Source: Pseudogymnoascus verrucosus (Eukaryota). From it: a stretch of 64,000 nucleotides of DNA. Both the position numbers and the translations under genes were made by a program. The stretch lies in the NCBI GenBank assembly GCA_001662655.1, contig KV460247.1; one strand, 5' to 3'. Positions 25,341 to 37,028 of the stretch are shown here, in pieces. The notes under the pieces were generated by a model that was not told where the DNA came from, did not search any database, and worked only from the letters and a program-made list of their open reading frames with translations. Position 1 is the stretch's first letter. Every line of letters begins with the position of its first letter.

Positions 25341-26086
25341 TGTTTCGTGATTAGCCAGACAATGTTACAGTACAGCAATACAGTTAGATGCTGTGGACTG
25401 TGTATTTAACCTACGGTTTTTAACCAGCGAGCCTAGTGCCACTAAGGAGATCCGCGGTACTAAGCCAAGAAATGACATGGCAAGTCATCGCCTCGGCCTA
25501 TCCCCTAATGCGATCTACCCCTGTTAGCTCGCCAGTCATGAACAGAATTTTGAGGAGGGAGGGGGCTGGGAGGGGCCACAGAGGTGTAAAGGCGACATAA
25601 CTTAGAAAGAAGGGTCATAGCGTAGCGTAAATGCTACTCCCAGTCTCTTGAGCTTTTGGAACGAACTTTCAAGTCTGTTGCCTTAGCTTGTCTCCTTAGT
25701 TACACTATCTTTCTTGAGTGTTCCCAAGAACGCAATACCGTAGTGTATCGGTTGCCTCGGCTTTTGGATTTAGCGACCTAAGTCCAAGTATACGAAGTGC
25801 TCGCACTGCCATGTAGGAGATGGACCTGTTTCTAGGAGGACTTTGACCGTGGAACGATTCCAACTAACCTAAAACAGGTAATAGTTAGTCGATTAGTTGA
25901 CGAAGGTCCAGAGTATCTCAGAGGCTTGTCTGCCTCAGTCCAAAGTCATCTCGATAGACTATGTGGCGTCAATATATGCTCCGATATAGAAACACCTTGC
26001 GTATTCTGTTAACACTGGTAAACCCTGCAAACTGTTCGTACGTAGCTCGGTCTCCTACAGTGTTTGAGCTGGTTGCCTCGACGCCT

Positions 26087-26238
26087 CGTACCAGACTTAT
26101 GCCCGACTTCCGTAAAAACTTTGAAGCACCGTACTAGGAGAACATCGTGCACACTTCCACAATGCTCTGCATCAAAGAGCTTTAGAGCTGGGTGTCGACG
26201 TAGGAGTGATTAGTCGGGTCGAGAATTATGATTCCGAC
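26087..26238 (+). pseudogene. Fragment of an FAD-dependent monooxygenase (salicylate-hydroxylase-like)
   Basis: RTRLMPDFRKNFEAPY* then a frameshift to HRAHFHNALHQRALELGVDVGVISRVENYD, matching the APY..HRA..LGV segment of this family. Confidence 0.65.
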
Positions 26239-26577
26239 AACATAATATTCGTATGACTTTTGTTCAATGACGAAGGCCTGGTTATTATGTTCCTTTGAGA
26301 ATGTAGGTATGTTTGTTTCGCCCAATTCCGAGGGATAGTATTTGGGGATACCGGAGAACGGAGCTAAAAATTATTGCAGGCGCTTTACTAGAATAGGACG
26401 TGTGTGTTGTGTTGTGGTCTAGTCCTTCCGAGGACTTCGAAAGGCGGGGAGGTAGGAAAGGCGGGATGGTAGGGATCGAAAGGCGGGAAGGCAGGGATCG
26501 CCGAGACGCTTTGCCTATTTAAGCAATAAGGTAGGAATAAGTTAGACTAGACCCTCTTAGGCGACTATTGGGACCTT

Positions 26578-27020
26578 CCCTCGGCACGCCTATGCGAGCC
26601 CGCGAATGAAAGAGTCGCGCCTAAGCTCTAACCACTAAAAGTCGGATCGTGGACCGAGGTGGAGTAGTGGAAACTACCCCATAATATCACAGGTAGGCTA
26701 TAGTAGGCTATAGACCCGCCTATGATCCCGGATTGTGAAAGCGCTTCTGAGATCTGCTTATGAAAATGAGTAGAGACTACTCCTAATACAAGTTCAGGTA
26801 CTAGTAGAAGAACCATTGAGCCTCGGCAATATTTCAGATACGAGGTTTTGGTGGTCTTTGGTTTCGATATTCTCGAATGACAAGCAATTGAGGAAGGTAT
26901 TAGCTGTGAGAATAGTAGATGGTTGCTTGTTTTCTTCCATCAGCTTTAGCGTTCTGAGTCGTTCCTCCTGTAAGTAATGACAAACAGGGTTGGCACCTAG
27001 TTCCCCTCATTTTTTCCGAC
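26578..27020. repeat. Copy 2 of the diverged ~400-bp non-coding duplication, immediately upstream of the lipase
   Basis: Collinear with 20463-20883, same orientation. Confidence 0.88.
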
Positions 27021-27182
27021 AGGATAACCTGGCCAGTGCTGCTAGTCCTTTAAAGTATAGCGGTGCGACGATAGCTGCCAAAGTGTCTTAATTATATATT
27101 CCGCAGAATTCCCCTTCCTCCATGGTTTATTTTGTATCTACATCTCGACATTTCTAGCAATCCCCACTGTCTCACATTCAAA

Positions 27183-28850
27183 ATGATGCAACCTTCCATG
27201 TTCATATTGTACCTCCTTCCTCTCGCACTCACCACGGCATTTGACCTGAACCCTACGGTCAAGTTACCATCTGGTGCCAATGTGATTGGAAGCTCTATTG
27301 CCGGTATTGATTCCTTCAAAGGTATCCCATTCGCTCAGCCACCTGTCGGACAGCTCCGATTGCGGCCACCTCGAGCAATTGTCAACCAGAGCGGTAATAT
27401 CCTTGCCACTGGTATTCCGAAAGCCTGTCCTCAGCTATATCTACCCATCGATACCAGCAATATACCAGCCGCCGCTTTAGGACTTCTGCTCAACACCCCA
27501 TTGGTGCAAACCTTTACCAACGCCGGCGAAGACTGCTTGACCATAAACGTTCAGCGGCCAGCATCCGCCACTTCTTCATCAAAGCTTCCAGTTATCTTCT
27601 GGATCTATGGGGGCTCATTTCAATTTGGATCAACTCAAATTTATGACGGCAGTTTCATAATCACAAATTCTGTACAACAAAGAAAAGATGTGATATTCGT
27701 CGCCGTCAACTACAGAGTCGGCGGCTTTGGATTTCTACCAGGAAAAGAAGTTCTGAAGGACGGCTCTGCAAATCTTGGTCTGCTTGACCAACGTCTCGGC
27801 ATGCAATGGGTAGCCGATAATATCGCTTCTTTCGGGGGTGATCCAGACAAAGTCACGATCTGGGGAGAGTCGGCTGGGTCCATCTCCATCTTCGACCAGC
27901 TGGCTTTGTACGGAGGCAACCACACCTATCAAGGCAAACCCCTTTTCCGTGCTGCCATCATGGATTCTGGGAGCATCATTCCGACCGAGCCAGTAGCTAG
28001 TCCCCGCTCTCAGGCAGTATACGACAGAGTTGTTAAGAACGCTGGTTGCTCTTCCGCCGCTGATACTCTTTCTTGTCTACGTGAAACAGACTACACCACC
28101 TTCTTGAATGCTGCCAGTAATGTTCCCGGTGGCAGTATTGCAGGTTCCTATCTGCCGCGTGCGGATGGAAATAGTCTCATGAAATCCGCCAACCTCATCG
28201 CTCAGGAAGGCTCCTATGCGCCGGTCCCATTTATCATTGGGGATCAGGAAGACGAAGGCACTATTTTCTCCCTTACCCAGTTCAATCTCACTAACGAACA
28301 ACAACTCGTTGACTACTTCTCCAACGTTGTCTTCCCCAACGCCTCTCGAAGCACAGTTCAAGGATTAGTTGACACCTACTCCGCGGACCCATCAGCCGGT
28401 TCGCCCTACAATACAGGGCTTCTCAACAACTTTTACCCCGAATTTAAGCGCCTGGCTTCTATACAAGGCGATATCGTGTTCACTCTTCAGCGGCGCCTGT
28501 TCCTTGCTTTGGCATCCCTTGCAAAACCAAATGTCGCATCGTACTCGTACCTGTCGTCCTCCTTCTACGGCACACCCATTCTAGGCACCTTTCACGGGAC
28601 TGATGTTCTACAAGCCTTTGGTTATATTCCCGGCATCCCAGCTGCCAGTATGCAAGCATACTACATCAGCTTCGTCAATACGATGGATCCTAACCAGGGG
28701 ACGAGTGCGCTGCTGCCGAAATGGCCTAAATGGAGTACGGGGAAGCAGCTTCTCAATTTTCGTGCGCTAAGCAATACGATAATTCCCGACAATTTTAGAG
28801 AGGCTAGTTATGAGTATCTGGCTGCTAATATTGCTGAATTGACAGTTTAA
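27183..28850 (+). CDS. Secreted type-B carboxylesterase / fungal lipase
   Basis: Signal peptide; [28 protein letters not shown] nucleophile; GDQEDEG; GTFHGTD; intronless. Confidence 0.95.
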   Translation: MMQPSMFILYLLPLALTTAFDLNPTVKLPSGANVIGSSIAGIDSFKGIPFAQPPVGQLRLRPPRAIVNQSGNILATGIPKACPQLYLPIDTSNIPAAALGLLLNTPLVQTFTNAGEDCLTINVQRPASATSSSKLPVIFWIYGGSFQFGSTQIYDGSFIITNSVQQRKDVIFVAVNYRVGGFGFLPGKEVLKDGSANLGLLDQRLGMQWVADNIASFGGDPDKVTIWGESAGSISIFDQLALYGGNHTYQGKPLFRAAIMDSGSIIPTEPVASPRSQAVYDRVVKNAGCSSAADTLSCLRETDYTTFLNAASNVPGGSIAGSYLPRADGNSLMKSANLIAQEGSYAPVPFIIGDQEDEGTIFSLTQFNLTNEQQLVDYFSNVVFPNASRSTVQGLVDTYSADPSAGSPYNTGLLNNFYPEFKRLASIQGDIVFTLQRRLFLALASLAKPNVASYSYLSSSFYGTPILGTFHGTDVLQAFGYIPGIPAASMQAYYISFVNTMDPNQGTSALLPKWPKWSTGKQLLNFRALSNTIIPDNFREASYEYLAANIAELTV

Positions 28851-29497
28851 CATGATAGCTCTGGAAATTCACTGGTGGGGATGAGTGGCAGTGGCGGGGA
28901 TATCTCCTAGATTTAGGCTCAAACTGCAGGTTATCTGTTCTATATAAAGACCTTAAAAAGCAATTAATAAGCCATTGATTGAGGTTTGAAAGACTGTTAG
29001 CATGCAATGTTCAAATAATAGACCGTGCATTTGAGTGTGAAGAGTTTTCATTGATGCTAACCACTAAACCTAATGTACAGGGCCTGATATCATCGTACTG
29101 ATGTCGGGGGAGTAGGGCCGACTCTGCCAATTGCTTGGCAACGAGGCCGGTTTTCAACATGCAATAGCTGCTTTTCTAAACTTGCTCCTGTAATAGAAAA
29201 CCACATGCTGAGAAATATGCCAGCCAATTGTGACAAGAGCCCCACTTTAGTCATTAAATGACCGCTCCACAAATCTTTGGAAGTTTGGCTGGACAAACAA
29301 CGCCACGCGTCCTAGCGGCCGCTAGTAAAGTGCGGGGAAATCCTCCTGTTCTCCCATTTCGTAATTGACTCGACGTTTCTTCAAAGTAGCATTTTAACAA
29401 GAGTAGTCTCATTTGTTTCTGGAGAGGTAGTGTTTACTTGTAAAGAATCTATATTGCATATCTGAGCCTCTTCCAGGTGTTTTAATGGTACAGTAAT

Positions 29498-31140
29498 ATG
29501 GCCACAATGATTGTTCCACGAAAACCCCACTCGAAGACTCGAGGAGGATGCCGGACATGCAAGTATATAACCTGGAGAATCCGTACCATCCCCAATATGA
29601 CACTGACTGGTTTTGTAATAGGTACAGACGCGTCAAATGCGATCAAGACTGGCCTGCCTGCGGGAGGTGCAGTAGAACTGGCCGCCGTTGTGACGGCTAC
29701 GAAATGCCGAATAATGAGAGGCTCACACCTCGCTATATGTCTCTAGAGCATTTCCGAGAGACAATCTGCTCTCCACTCACCTCGTCGTTGGTATCCCACC
29801 CGTTCAGTACGAGACGCCCACAAGAACTACGCTCGATCCAGTTCTTCCAGACTCGCACGATGCCTGCGATGTCCGGCTGCTTTGGAGGGTATGCCTGGTA
29901 CTCTCTGGCCATCAACTTTGGCACGGCATGTCCTGCCATTCTCCATGCTATAATTGCACTCGGCGCATATCACGAAATCTCAGAGGCCGTCAAAAGTACG
30001 GAGGCGTGGAGCTTAGATCGTAGCGCGAATCCGTCTGACCTTTCCTCTTTAGCCTCCGTACAGTACATGAAGGCCATTCCTCTCCTCCGCGACAGTCTTT
30101 CCTCGAACGAATCCTCGCCTGCTGGAATTGAGATAGCTTGTGTATTGTTCGCTTGCATAGAATCGCTCAGAGGCAATCGACAATCGGCATCCGTACACGT
30201 TACGGGCGGGTTAAGCGTATTAAAATCACGACAAAAGAGCCAGCTTATGTCCTCCGAGGAGGCGATTATGAAACCAGTGTTTGCTCGGATGAGCCTCATG
30301 CAATCTCTTTACGGCCGCCCCAGAGGCATTCGGTTTCCAGAGCTTCTAGATCCATACGACGAGGCACCCTCTCTGCGTGAGGGTAGATTTGTGAATCTCA
30401 AGGATGCTTACACTGCGAGCACAGGGATGTTGAATGGAAACGTGCGTTATGTTGAGATGACTAAACATGGCGGCTTTCCAGACCAGGCTACAACGGATAT
30501 AGCATATGCGGCCCATCTTTCGCAGGTTAAGGGTTGGTCCAAAGCTTTTGAGGCTTATGTCAGTGAGCCTGCTACAAGCGAGGAAGAGGTTCTTGGACGA
30601 GTACTATTGCGCTCACACCACTCGCTTGCGCGCTCTTTTCTGGCAGCTTGCAGAACTCGACAAGAGAAATCCTTTGACCTTGACATTTCCCATTTCGAGT
30701 TGATCGTCAGATCTCTGGAACCCTTCATTTTGCCCCTAGCAAATTCTGGACAACCGTTCTCGACATCCTTCTCGCTAGATATGGGGTTAGTCCCCACATT
30801 GTTCTACACTGCGGTCAAGTGCCGACATCCGAAAGTGAGACGGAGGGCAATAGCGTTACTACGTCTTGCACCGAGGCGAGAGGGGCTTTGGGACGCGATT
30901 GAAGCGGCCAAAGTTGCAGAGCTAGTGGTTAAGTTTGAAGAGACTTACCTAGATGAATCTGGAAGCAAGCGAGATTCGTCAACAGAGCCGCATTTGATAC
31001 CAGAATGGGCGCGGATCCACGACGTCGACATCCTGGATATTGATTCTCTGGACCCTTCGCGGCAACTGGTCATTCTAAGATGGAAACCCGATGGGATCGA
31101 TGGGAAAGTTCAGGATATGCGCAGCTACATTCGTTGGTAA
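29498..31140 (+). CDS. Zn(II)2Cys6 transcription factor (Upc2/DUF3468-like C-terminus), one intron in the cluster
   Basis: KTRGGCRTCK / YRRVKCDQDWPACGRCSRTGRRCDGY across intron ~29563-29621; FSLDMGLVPTLFYTAVKCRHPKVRRRAIALL..RREGLWD. Confidence 0.92.
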
Positions 31141-31399
31141 TCTATCTTTGTGGCAGAGTTAATGTTCGCACGCTGTTTCTACTCGATGCTGGAGCTCTTG
31201 TGCCTGAGGAGAGCACCCCTAACCTATACCATAAGCAACACCCCGGCGCCTGGCCGACGCGCTCTCGTGCATGAACTCGTCGAGCCCCTCACAATCCGGA
31301 CGTGCCATGTCTTCCCCCGAGAGTTCGCACGTCGGCAGCATAACACTGTTGCCGCACTGGCATGAAACGCCCCAACCCCAATCGTGCCACGCCTGCCGG

Positions 31400-32045
31400 G
31401 ACGCCCCTCCTCTCCATAGGTTAATCGGAATAGTAGACTCATAATCGGACCTGATCAAGTCTGCGCGGAGATAAACCAGGTCTGACAAAAGGAGGCTTCT
31501 TAGCCCGTGCGTCCATCGTGGTTGGCCACGGTCTGAGCTCGAAGTTCGCTCAAGCTGCTCTATCTGATGGTGCGTCTCCATGAAGCGCAACAGGTCGTCG
31601 CCCTTGACGCTGACGCCGCGGAAGGTCAGCCGTTCAACATGCCCGCGCGTGCCAATCCGGCATCCGCCAGTTCCGAGAGCCCGACCGAGAATCGTATGAG
31701 GGCACACAGCACCCTGGCAAGCTGGTGTACAAGCACAAATTCGAGATGGCGGCACTACTGCGCGGCATCGCCGTCGTCGCTAGCCAGTACACCTGCGACG
31801 CGCGCACCCACAGCGTCTACAATTCGTCTGGCACGACATGTTGGGCCGAGGGACTCATGAAGCGGGCGTCGAGCTCTAGCGTCGACAGTGAGTTGCATCG
31901 GCAAAAAACGGCGGCCAGGCGGTCCACAAGCTCGGCATCGGGAGGCACGCCTGGGAATGCCGCGCGATGGCGCAGCCAGGAGAAAACCGCGGCGGTCTGG
32001 GCTAGCTGGTCTGCTGTACCCGGGACCCAGACTTCCTAGTCTGGG
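31400..32045 (-). pseudogene. GC-rich degenerate coding relic of unknown family
   Basis: Protein-like fragments in shifting frames: AVFSWLRHRAAF..LWVRASQVYWLATTAM and LTFRGVSVKGDDLLRFMETHHQIEQL, with internal stops. Confidence 0.35.
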
Positions 32046-32453
32046 GGCCAGTACTTCCGGATGGAGAGAATATAGTCGGCGGTAAGAGTCGTCATAGCTT
32101 GTTCCACCTGCCATAGACGAGCTGTCTGTGGAGGGCTGCCGAGATTGATTCTTATTTTCGATCGTTTTTCATTGAGCACATCATCCCAGAGCCTGTCACA
32201 TATTTGAGGCCAACCAGAGGCAGGTGTGTGGGGCTGCGCCAAGTAGCGCACAAGCTGACCTAGCAAGGCTTTCCGCCCCCTTTTCATTGGGTCGTCTTTT
32301 GGAGGCCACCTGAGGATGTCTTGGCAGAGCCTCGCAGGTCTCAACTCGACATTTGTGTATTTAGATCCAGCCTGAATGAACTGCTCTTTTGCTAGTTCAC
32401 GATACAACGGGAGTCGGACATCTCGCGATGATTCTCGGATCATCTTTCTGAAG

Positions 32454-32906
32454 ATGTCGTTCGGCTGCGGCGTCGGGGATATCATTTCAATCATTTCAAT
32501 CATCTCTTCTGTCGACACTTTCATCAAAGCGTGCCGCGAGACGTCTGCGACAATAAAGACACTGCACCAAGAACTTCAAAATTTAGGGACGTGGTTAGGT
32601 GAATTGCAACAGGAAGAATCAAATTTTGGGGAGTTAGCAACTGAACTCTTATCGAAGAGACAGAGAATCGAGGCGGAAGTCGAATTGAAACTTCATCGAC
32701 TCTTGCGTCGGATTTTCGCCATCATTGCCTTTGGGTTATCTCAGAGCTTGGGTAGCCTTGCGATAACACGCAGGCCTCCGCCGCGTCACCGGCGGAGATC
32801 CTGCGCGAGCGTGAACAATCCTCGGCCACAGCCAACACTCGTATCGGAGAACCTTTCACGATTCGCCTTTTTTATTCGTCAACCCTCGGGACCTCTGTGT
32901 TTCTAA
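32454..32906 (+). CDS. Fungal STAND N-terminal (SesA/HeLo-like) helical domain, fragment or first exon
   Basis: MSFGCGVGDIISII...IKTLHQELQNLGTWLGELQ resembles the MSFGFSVGDFI.. N-terminus; the ORF becomes non-protein-like after ~32710. Confidence 0.5.
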   Translation: MSFGCGVGDIISIISIISSVDTFIKACRETSATIKTLHQELQNLGTWLGELQQEESNFGELATELLSKRQRIEAEVELKLHRLLRRIFAIIAFGLSQSLGSLAITRRPPPRHRRRSCASVNNPRPQPTLVSENLSRFAFFIRQPSGPLCF

Positions 32907-32961
32907 GCCTTCCATTCAGGGCCCCTTCTGCTCTGTAGAAGGTGGTGCGCGGTGTGATGTA

Positions 32962-33657
32962 TTGACATTACACGACGTTAGACCCGACGTTATTAGCCAA
33001 CTGACTCCAGGTGCTTCGGCAAGGCTGGTAGAGACAAAGCACTACAGTGACGAAGAGTCGAATTATGCAACCATCTATGAGCAACCCATCGTCCCCACTC
33101 TGTATCCTGATCCTCAATATCCCCTCAGCAAACCCTTTATGGACGAGACGACCATCTCGTCGTGGCCATCTCCAGAAAATCCCGAATTTGGCTACTCCTC
33201 CACAAATGGAGATGCACAGAAGACATCCTCAACTCCATCCGCCTCATCAACTCCTCACACATCTTCCTCCGCATTCGGATCAACTGCTTCTGGTAACATC
33301 GATTGGATTTCCTGCGAGTTTGCAGGCTGCCAAAGAACATTTACACAACGCCACATCTACAAGTGGGTATTTTTCATCCAATTATCAAAAGCCTTCACTC
33401 ATTCTAACACAATCCTCAGCAAACACAAAAAGTCCCACGAACATCCAGAACATTGTTCTATGTGCGGGCGCGGCTTTGAAACCAACAAAGATGTTCGACG
33501 CCACATCAAAGATAAACACCAGTCGACGAAGGATTTTCACTGCCTTGTCACTGGATGCAAGTATGCACAAGGAGGAAAGAGAGATGGTTTCGCACGGAAG
33601 GAAAACTGGAAGAGGCACTTGCGAAATCAGCATGGGATGGGTGACGAATCTCCTTGA
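32962..33657 (+). CDS. C2H2 zinc-finger protein, 3' exons (three fingers); 5' end uncertain
   Basis: CEFAGCQRTF..H..H across in-frame intron 33363-33419; CSMCGRGF..HIKDKH; CLVTGC..FARKENWKRHLRNQH. Confidence 0.75.
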   Translation: MTLHDVRPDVISQLTPGASARLVETKHYSDEESNYATIYEQPIVPTLYPDPQYPLSKPFMDETTISSWPSPENPEFGYSSTNGDAQKTSSTPSASSTPHTSSSAFGSTASGNIDWISCEFAGCQRTFTQRHIYKWVFFIQLSKAFTHSNTILSKHKKSHEHPEHCSMCGRGFETNKDVRRHIKDKHQSTKDFHCLVTGCKYAQGGKRDGFARKENWKRHLRNQHGMGDESP

Positions 33658-33949
33658 GTCCTGGGTCTCGTAATTTTACTTTGAAGCTGTACAGAAAGTT
33701 TGATTTTCTTTAAATGCTAGGCTTTCTTTCTATCCAAGTAGGGATACACTTCTCAAATGTTTCTCAGACAGTACCAACGACACTAGGCATTAAAGTTATT
33801 ACTAAGCTGGATGTGGCGCACCAGTTACCGCAGTACCTCCAGCCACTGTTGGCCTTTTATGCCTAAGGGATCACAAATAAATTACAGCGTAATCTAGGTT
33901 ATAGTGTTTTAAACGTGGATTATAGGGATATAGGCTCGCTTAAGAACGC

Positions 33950-34580
33950 TATAAGGACATAGGGAACCGTATCACGAGAAGTTGCATATAGGAGTGTAAG
34001 TTAGATAGAAGTCGGTGCAATCCTATAGGTCTACTACGAAGGATACAAAAAAGATGAAGGCGTAACCCTATATGGCTGTTCCCTTAAAATACCTAAAACC
34101 GCTCTAATTTAGCTAGCTCCCTATTTGCCTAAGGCTTCCTTACGTTATGTGCCTAAGGCTGTTAGTTGCAACTAACCCATAACAGCCCTAAGTCTTAATG
34201 GCGCTACGTAACGGCCGTAACTACCCTAAGTAAGGAGGCATCCTTATAGCTGTCCCTAGTAGGCGTAATCTTTTTTATATAATGTAAGGACATAGGGCAC
34301 TATATTATAAGAAGTTATATATAGGAGTGTAGGTTAGATAGAAGTTGGTGTAATCCTATAGGTCTACTATAAAGGATATAAAAAGATAAAGGTGTAACCC
34401 TCTATAGCTATTCCCTTAAAATACCTAAAACTGCTCTAACTTAGCTAGCTCTCTATTTGCCTAAGGCTTCCTTACATTATGTACCTAAGGCTATTAGTTG
34501 CAACTAACCTATAACAGCCCTAAGTCTTAATGGCACTACGTAATAGCTATAACTACCTTAAGTAAGGAGGCATCCTTACA
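33950..34580 (-). mobile_element. RIP-mutated two-LTR mini-element (TRIM-like): LTRs 33950-34248 and 34283-34580 with a 34-bp spacer
   Basis: Two ~298-bp direct repeats bounded by TGTAAGG...CCTTACA (left copy TATAAGG...CCTTATA). Differences are mostly C->T/G->A. The spacer carries a sequence complementary to an internal LTR segment. Confidence 0.82.
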
Positions 34581-35370
34581 CTTAGGGGTAATGTAGGCTA
34601 GGGGACTAGGGCTAGGGGACTAGTACCTTAGGCACCTTATGTTAGTTATACCTATACACTTATATGCCCTATGCCCTATAGCTAGTAGGAGGATAGCATA
34701 TAGTACTAACCTACTACTAAGTTAGTAAGGGTCTAACTATAAAGTAGTAGATAAGAATAGCTAAGCCCCCTATAAGGAGGGCTTAGAGATTAGTCTATTA
34801 AATACTATTTCTATTACTAGAGCCTATAGCTATAGCACGCTTCTACTAAACCCTTATAAAAATTATTAAAAATTAAAATTATAACATATTTTACTTATAA
34901 GTAACTATATAAGTAAGTAAGTAACATACTAAAACACTATTACTACTACTACTATACTACTATATAATAACCCTTATTTAATTATAATTAATTCCTAGCA
35001 TGCTATATATTCTATAGTACTACTATTAGCTGTCTATTTATATAAATGTTTAGTAAAAGCTCTTTAGCTATAAATCTAGTCTATTAAAATGTTTTAAATT
35101 CTAACCTATAAGAATTCCTTTATATAGAGTTAGACACTAGCTTCTCTACTTACTATAGTAACTAAAGAAACATTATATTATGTATTTTTAACTTCAACTT
35201 ACCTAATCTATAGAAGGGATTAATCGCTAGTTAAAGCGATTTTGCTCCCTAGCTATAATTTGCCTACCTACTACTATAGATATCATAAAGTAACAGAGGT
35301 AGGTCTGTACTATAAATGTAAGGTAGAAGCGTAAGTATATTCTTTAAACCCTCTAGATTTCTATAGAGTC
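34581..35370. other. Heavily RIP-mutated AT-rich relic (origin unresolved)
   Basis: Strong TpA enrichment, CpA/TpG depletion and no ORFs; an intron-like GTAAGT..TAG remains on the minus strand near 35150-35200. Confidence 0.6.
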
Positions 35371-35455
35371 GGCCTAACTGTCTCTGCACTTACCGTGAAC
35401 TCTAGGAGTGCCCGAGATAATGTCAGCTGACCCACTTCGGCTTAAGACTCTTATC

Positions 35456-35467
35456 GATAAGCGCGGC
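35456..35467 (+). promoter_or_regulatory. Orphan copy of cluster motif GATAAGCGCGGC
   Basis: Exact match, back-to-back with a second GATAAG on the minus strand (CTCTTATCGATAAGCGCGGC). Confidence 0.55.
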
Positions 35468-35948
35468 AAAGGAGATTGCCCCAACTGCTTAATCTAGAGC
35501 ACTACTGTAAGATTCGGCGATGGAGACCTATCTAACCCACTAGACACTTATGGGGAAGAAACTATGGCAGGTACGTACTGTCTGTAAACACGTAGCGCAT
35601 GATCTTGACGGGCATCGAAACGGAGTAGCTGTTTAAGAGAGCTTGCTATAGTCATATCTAACAGATGAAAGAAAGATACGTTTCGGTTGGACCAGAACAG
35701 CCCTCTTAGACAGACAAATGCAAGACAGCCAAACTCCACCTTCTATCAACCGCACCCCAGAGTGTTTCTTATATGAGCTTGTGTTTACGCCTTGTGCATA
35801 TCTTGTTAGGCGGCCACATATAAGTTCCCAAATTAGACATATTCTACAAGCTAGATACTTTATGCATATATGCGTGGTAGCTCTCGTCTCCTAACTTAAC
35901 TTCTAAATCTTATGCCCATCTAGTCTCTGATATCATCAGACTAGTACC

Positions 35949-36350
35949 CTACTGAACATACGCCTCTACCTCGATCTCAACCTCCATCCCTGGAATACCC
36001 AACTTTGTCACCTCAATGCAAGTCCAGACAGGCTGATGGTTGGGCATCCACTTCCTGAATTGCTCAACCATGATATCAAAACTTTTGTCGAGATCGGTGT
36101 GATAGCTTCTCACAGAGTATACATTGGCCCATCCATCACCGCCTGCCTCTCGGACATTCATCTCGACGTTCTGAAAGGCAAGTTGGATCTGCCCGATGAT
36201 ATCGCCCTTCACAATCTCTCCAGATTCATTCCAGCCGCCTTGGCCGGAACACTTGATGGTAGGACCGATGCGAACCGATTGTGAATATGAGTAGAGTTTA
36301 TTGTTAGTCTCGCCGACGCCAGCATAATTCGTGAACTTGATAGGAGACAT
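35949..36350 (-). CDS. Rid/YjgF/YER057c/UK114-family protein (Arg-less subgroup)
   Basis: YSQSVRIG..CSGQGG..QIQLAFQNVE..HQPVWTCIEVTKLGIPGMEVEIEVEA; intronless, 133 aa. Confidence 0.92.
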   Translation of the reverse strand: MSPIKFTNYAGVGETNNKLYSYSQSVRIGPTIKCSGQGGWNESGEIVKGDIIGQIQLAFQNVEMNVREAGGDGWANVYSVRSYHTDLDKSFDIMVEQFRKWMPNHQPVWTCIEVTKLGIPGMEVEIEVEAYVQ

Positions 36351-36601
36351 TGTTCCAGAGGATCTTGATAAACGCTGAGTTATAGGGTTTGTGTCAGCCT
36401 CTGATCAGAACTTCCATTCATGTTGTAGCCCAAGGATTGTGCTGTAACACTTACCGGAGTAATTTTGCAATCAGGGAAGATGAAGAGGAAGTTGTAATAC
36501 AAGTAGCTGGAGAAGGTGAAATCGCGGGGTTATATAACTGGTCTGATGGGAGAAACATTATATTGCTCTGCATCCGTGTGTCATGAACTCATGATCTATT
36601 A

Positions 36602-36693
36602 CCGCGCTTATCTCGGTCGTGCAGTCGGAACGAGTGGGGCTACTTGCGGGGTACAAAGGAACCCTTGATATTGCTCATTGTGATAAGCGCGGC
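36602..36693. promoter_or_regulatory. Divergent pair of GATAAGCGCGG motifs in the Rid/ALDH bidirectional promoter
   Basis: CCGCGCTTATC at 36602-36612 (minus) and GATAAGCGCGGC at 36682-36693 (plus); GCGGGG sites nearby. Confidence 0.75.
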
Positions 36694-37028
36694 TGGGCTA
36701 GGTACGGTGATAAACTAAAGCAGGGGAATGTTGTGATACACCTCCTCGACGATATGACATGCTCCTAGAGCATGAAACTACTACTAGATCTGATCCTTCA
36801 TCATCCAAGGCGAGGGGAGGTCTAACCCCTCTCGACTCGTATATTCCCCGCATGCCCGAGTTTCGGGTAGTCTCTACAATACCGGTATCATTGCTCAGCT
36901 AGCTGTAGGTATCCACTTCTGCTATAATGTATAAGTAACCCACATTACAACTTATATCAGAGTGACTGTCTTCTAAACTATCTTCTGAATAGTCTACTGA
37001 TTTCAAAACGCGTATTTTCACTACCATC

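Noticed and set aside
32036..32527. 163-aa minus-strand ORF
   Set aside because: No recognisable motif, and it overlaps the SesA-like ORF on the other strand; possibly a relic but unsupported.
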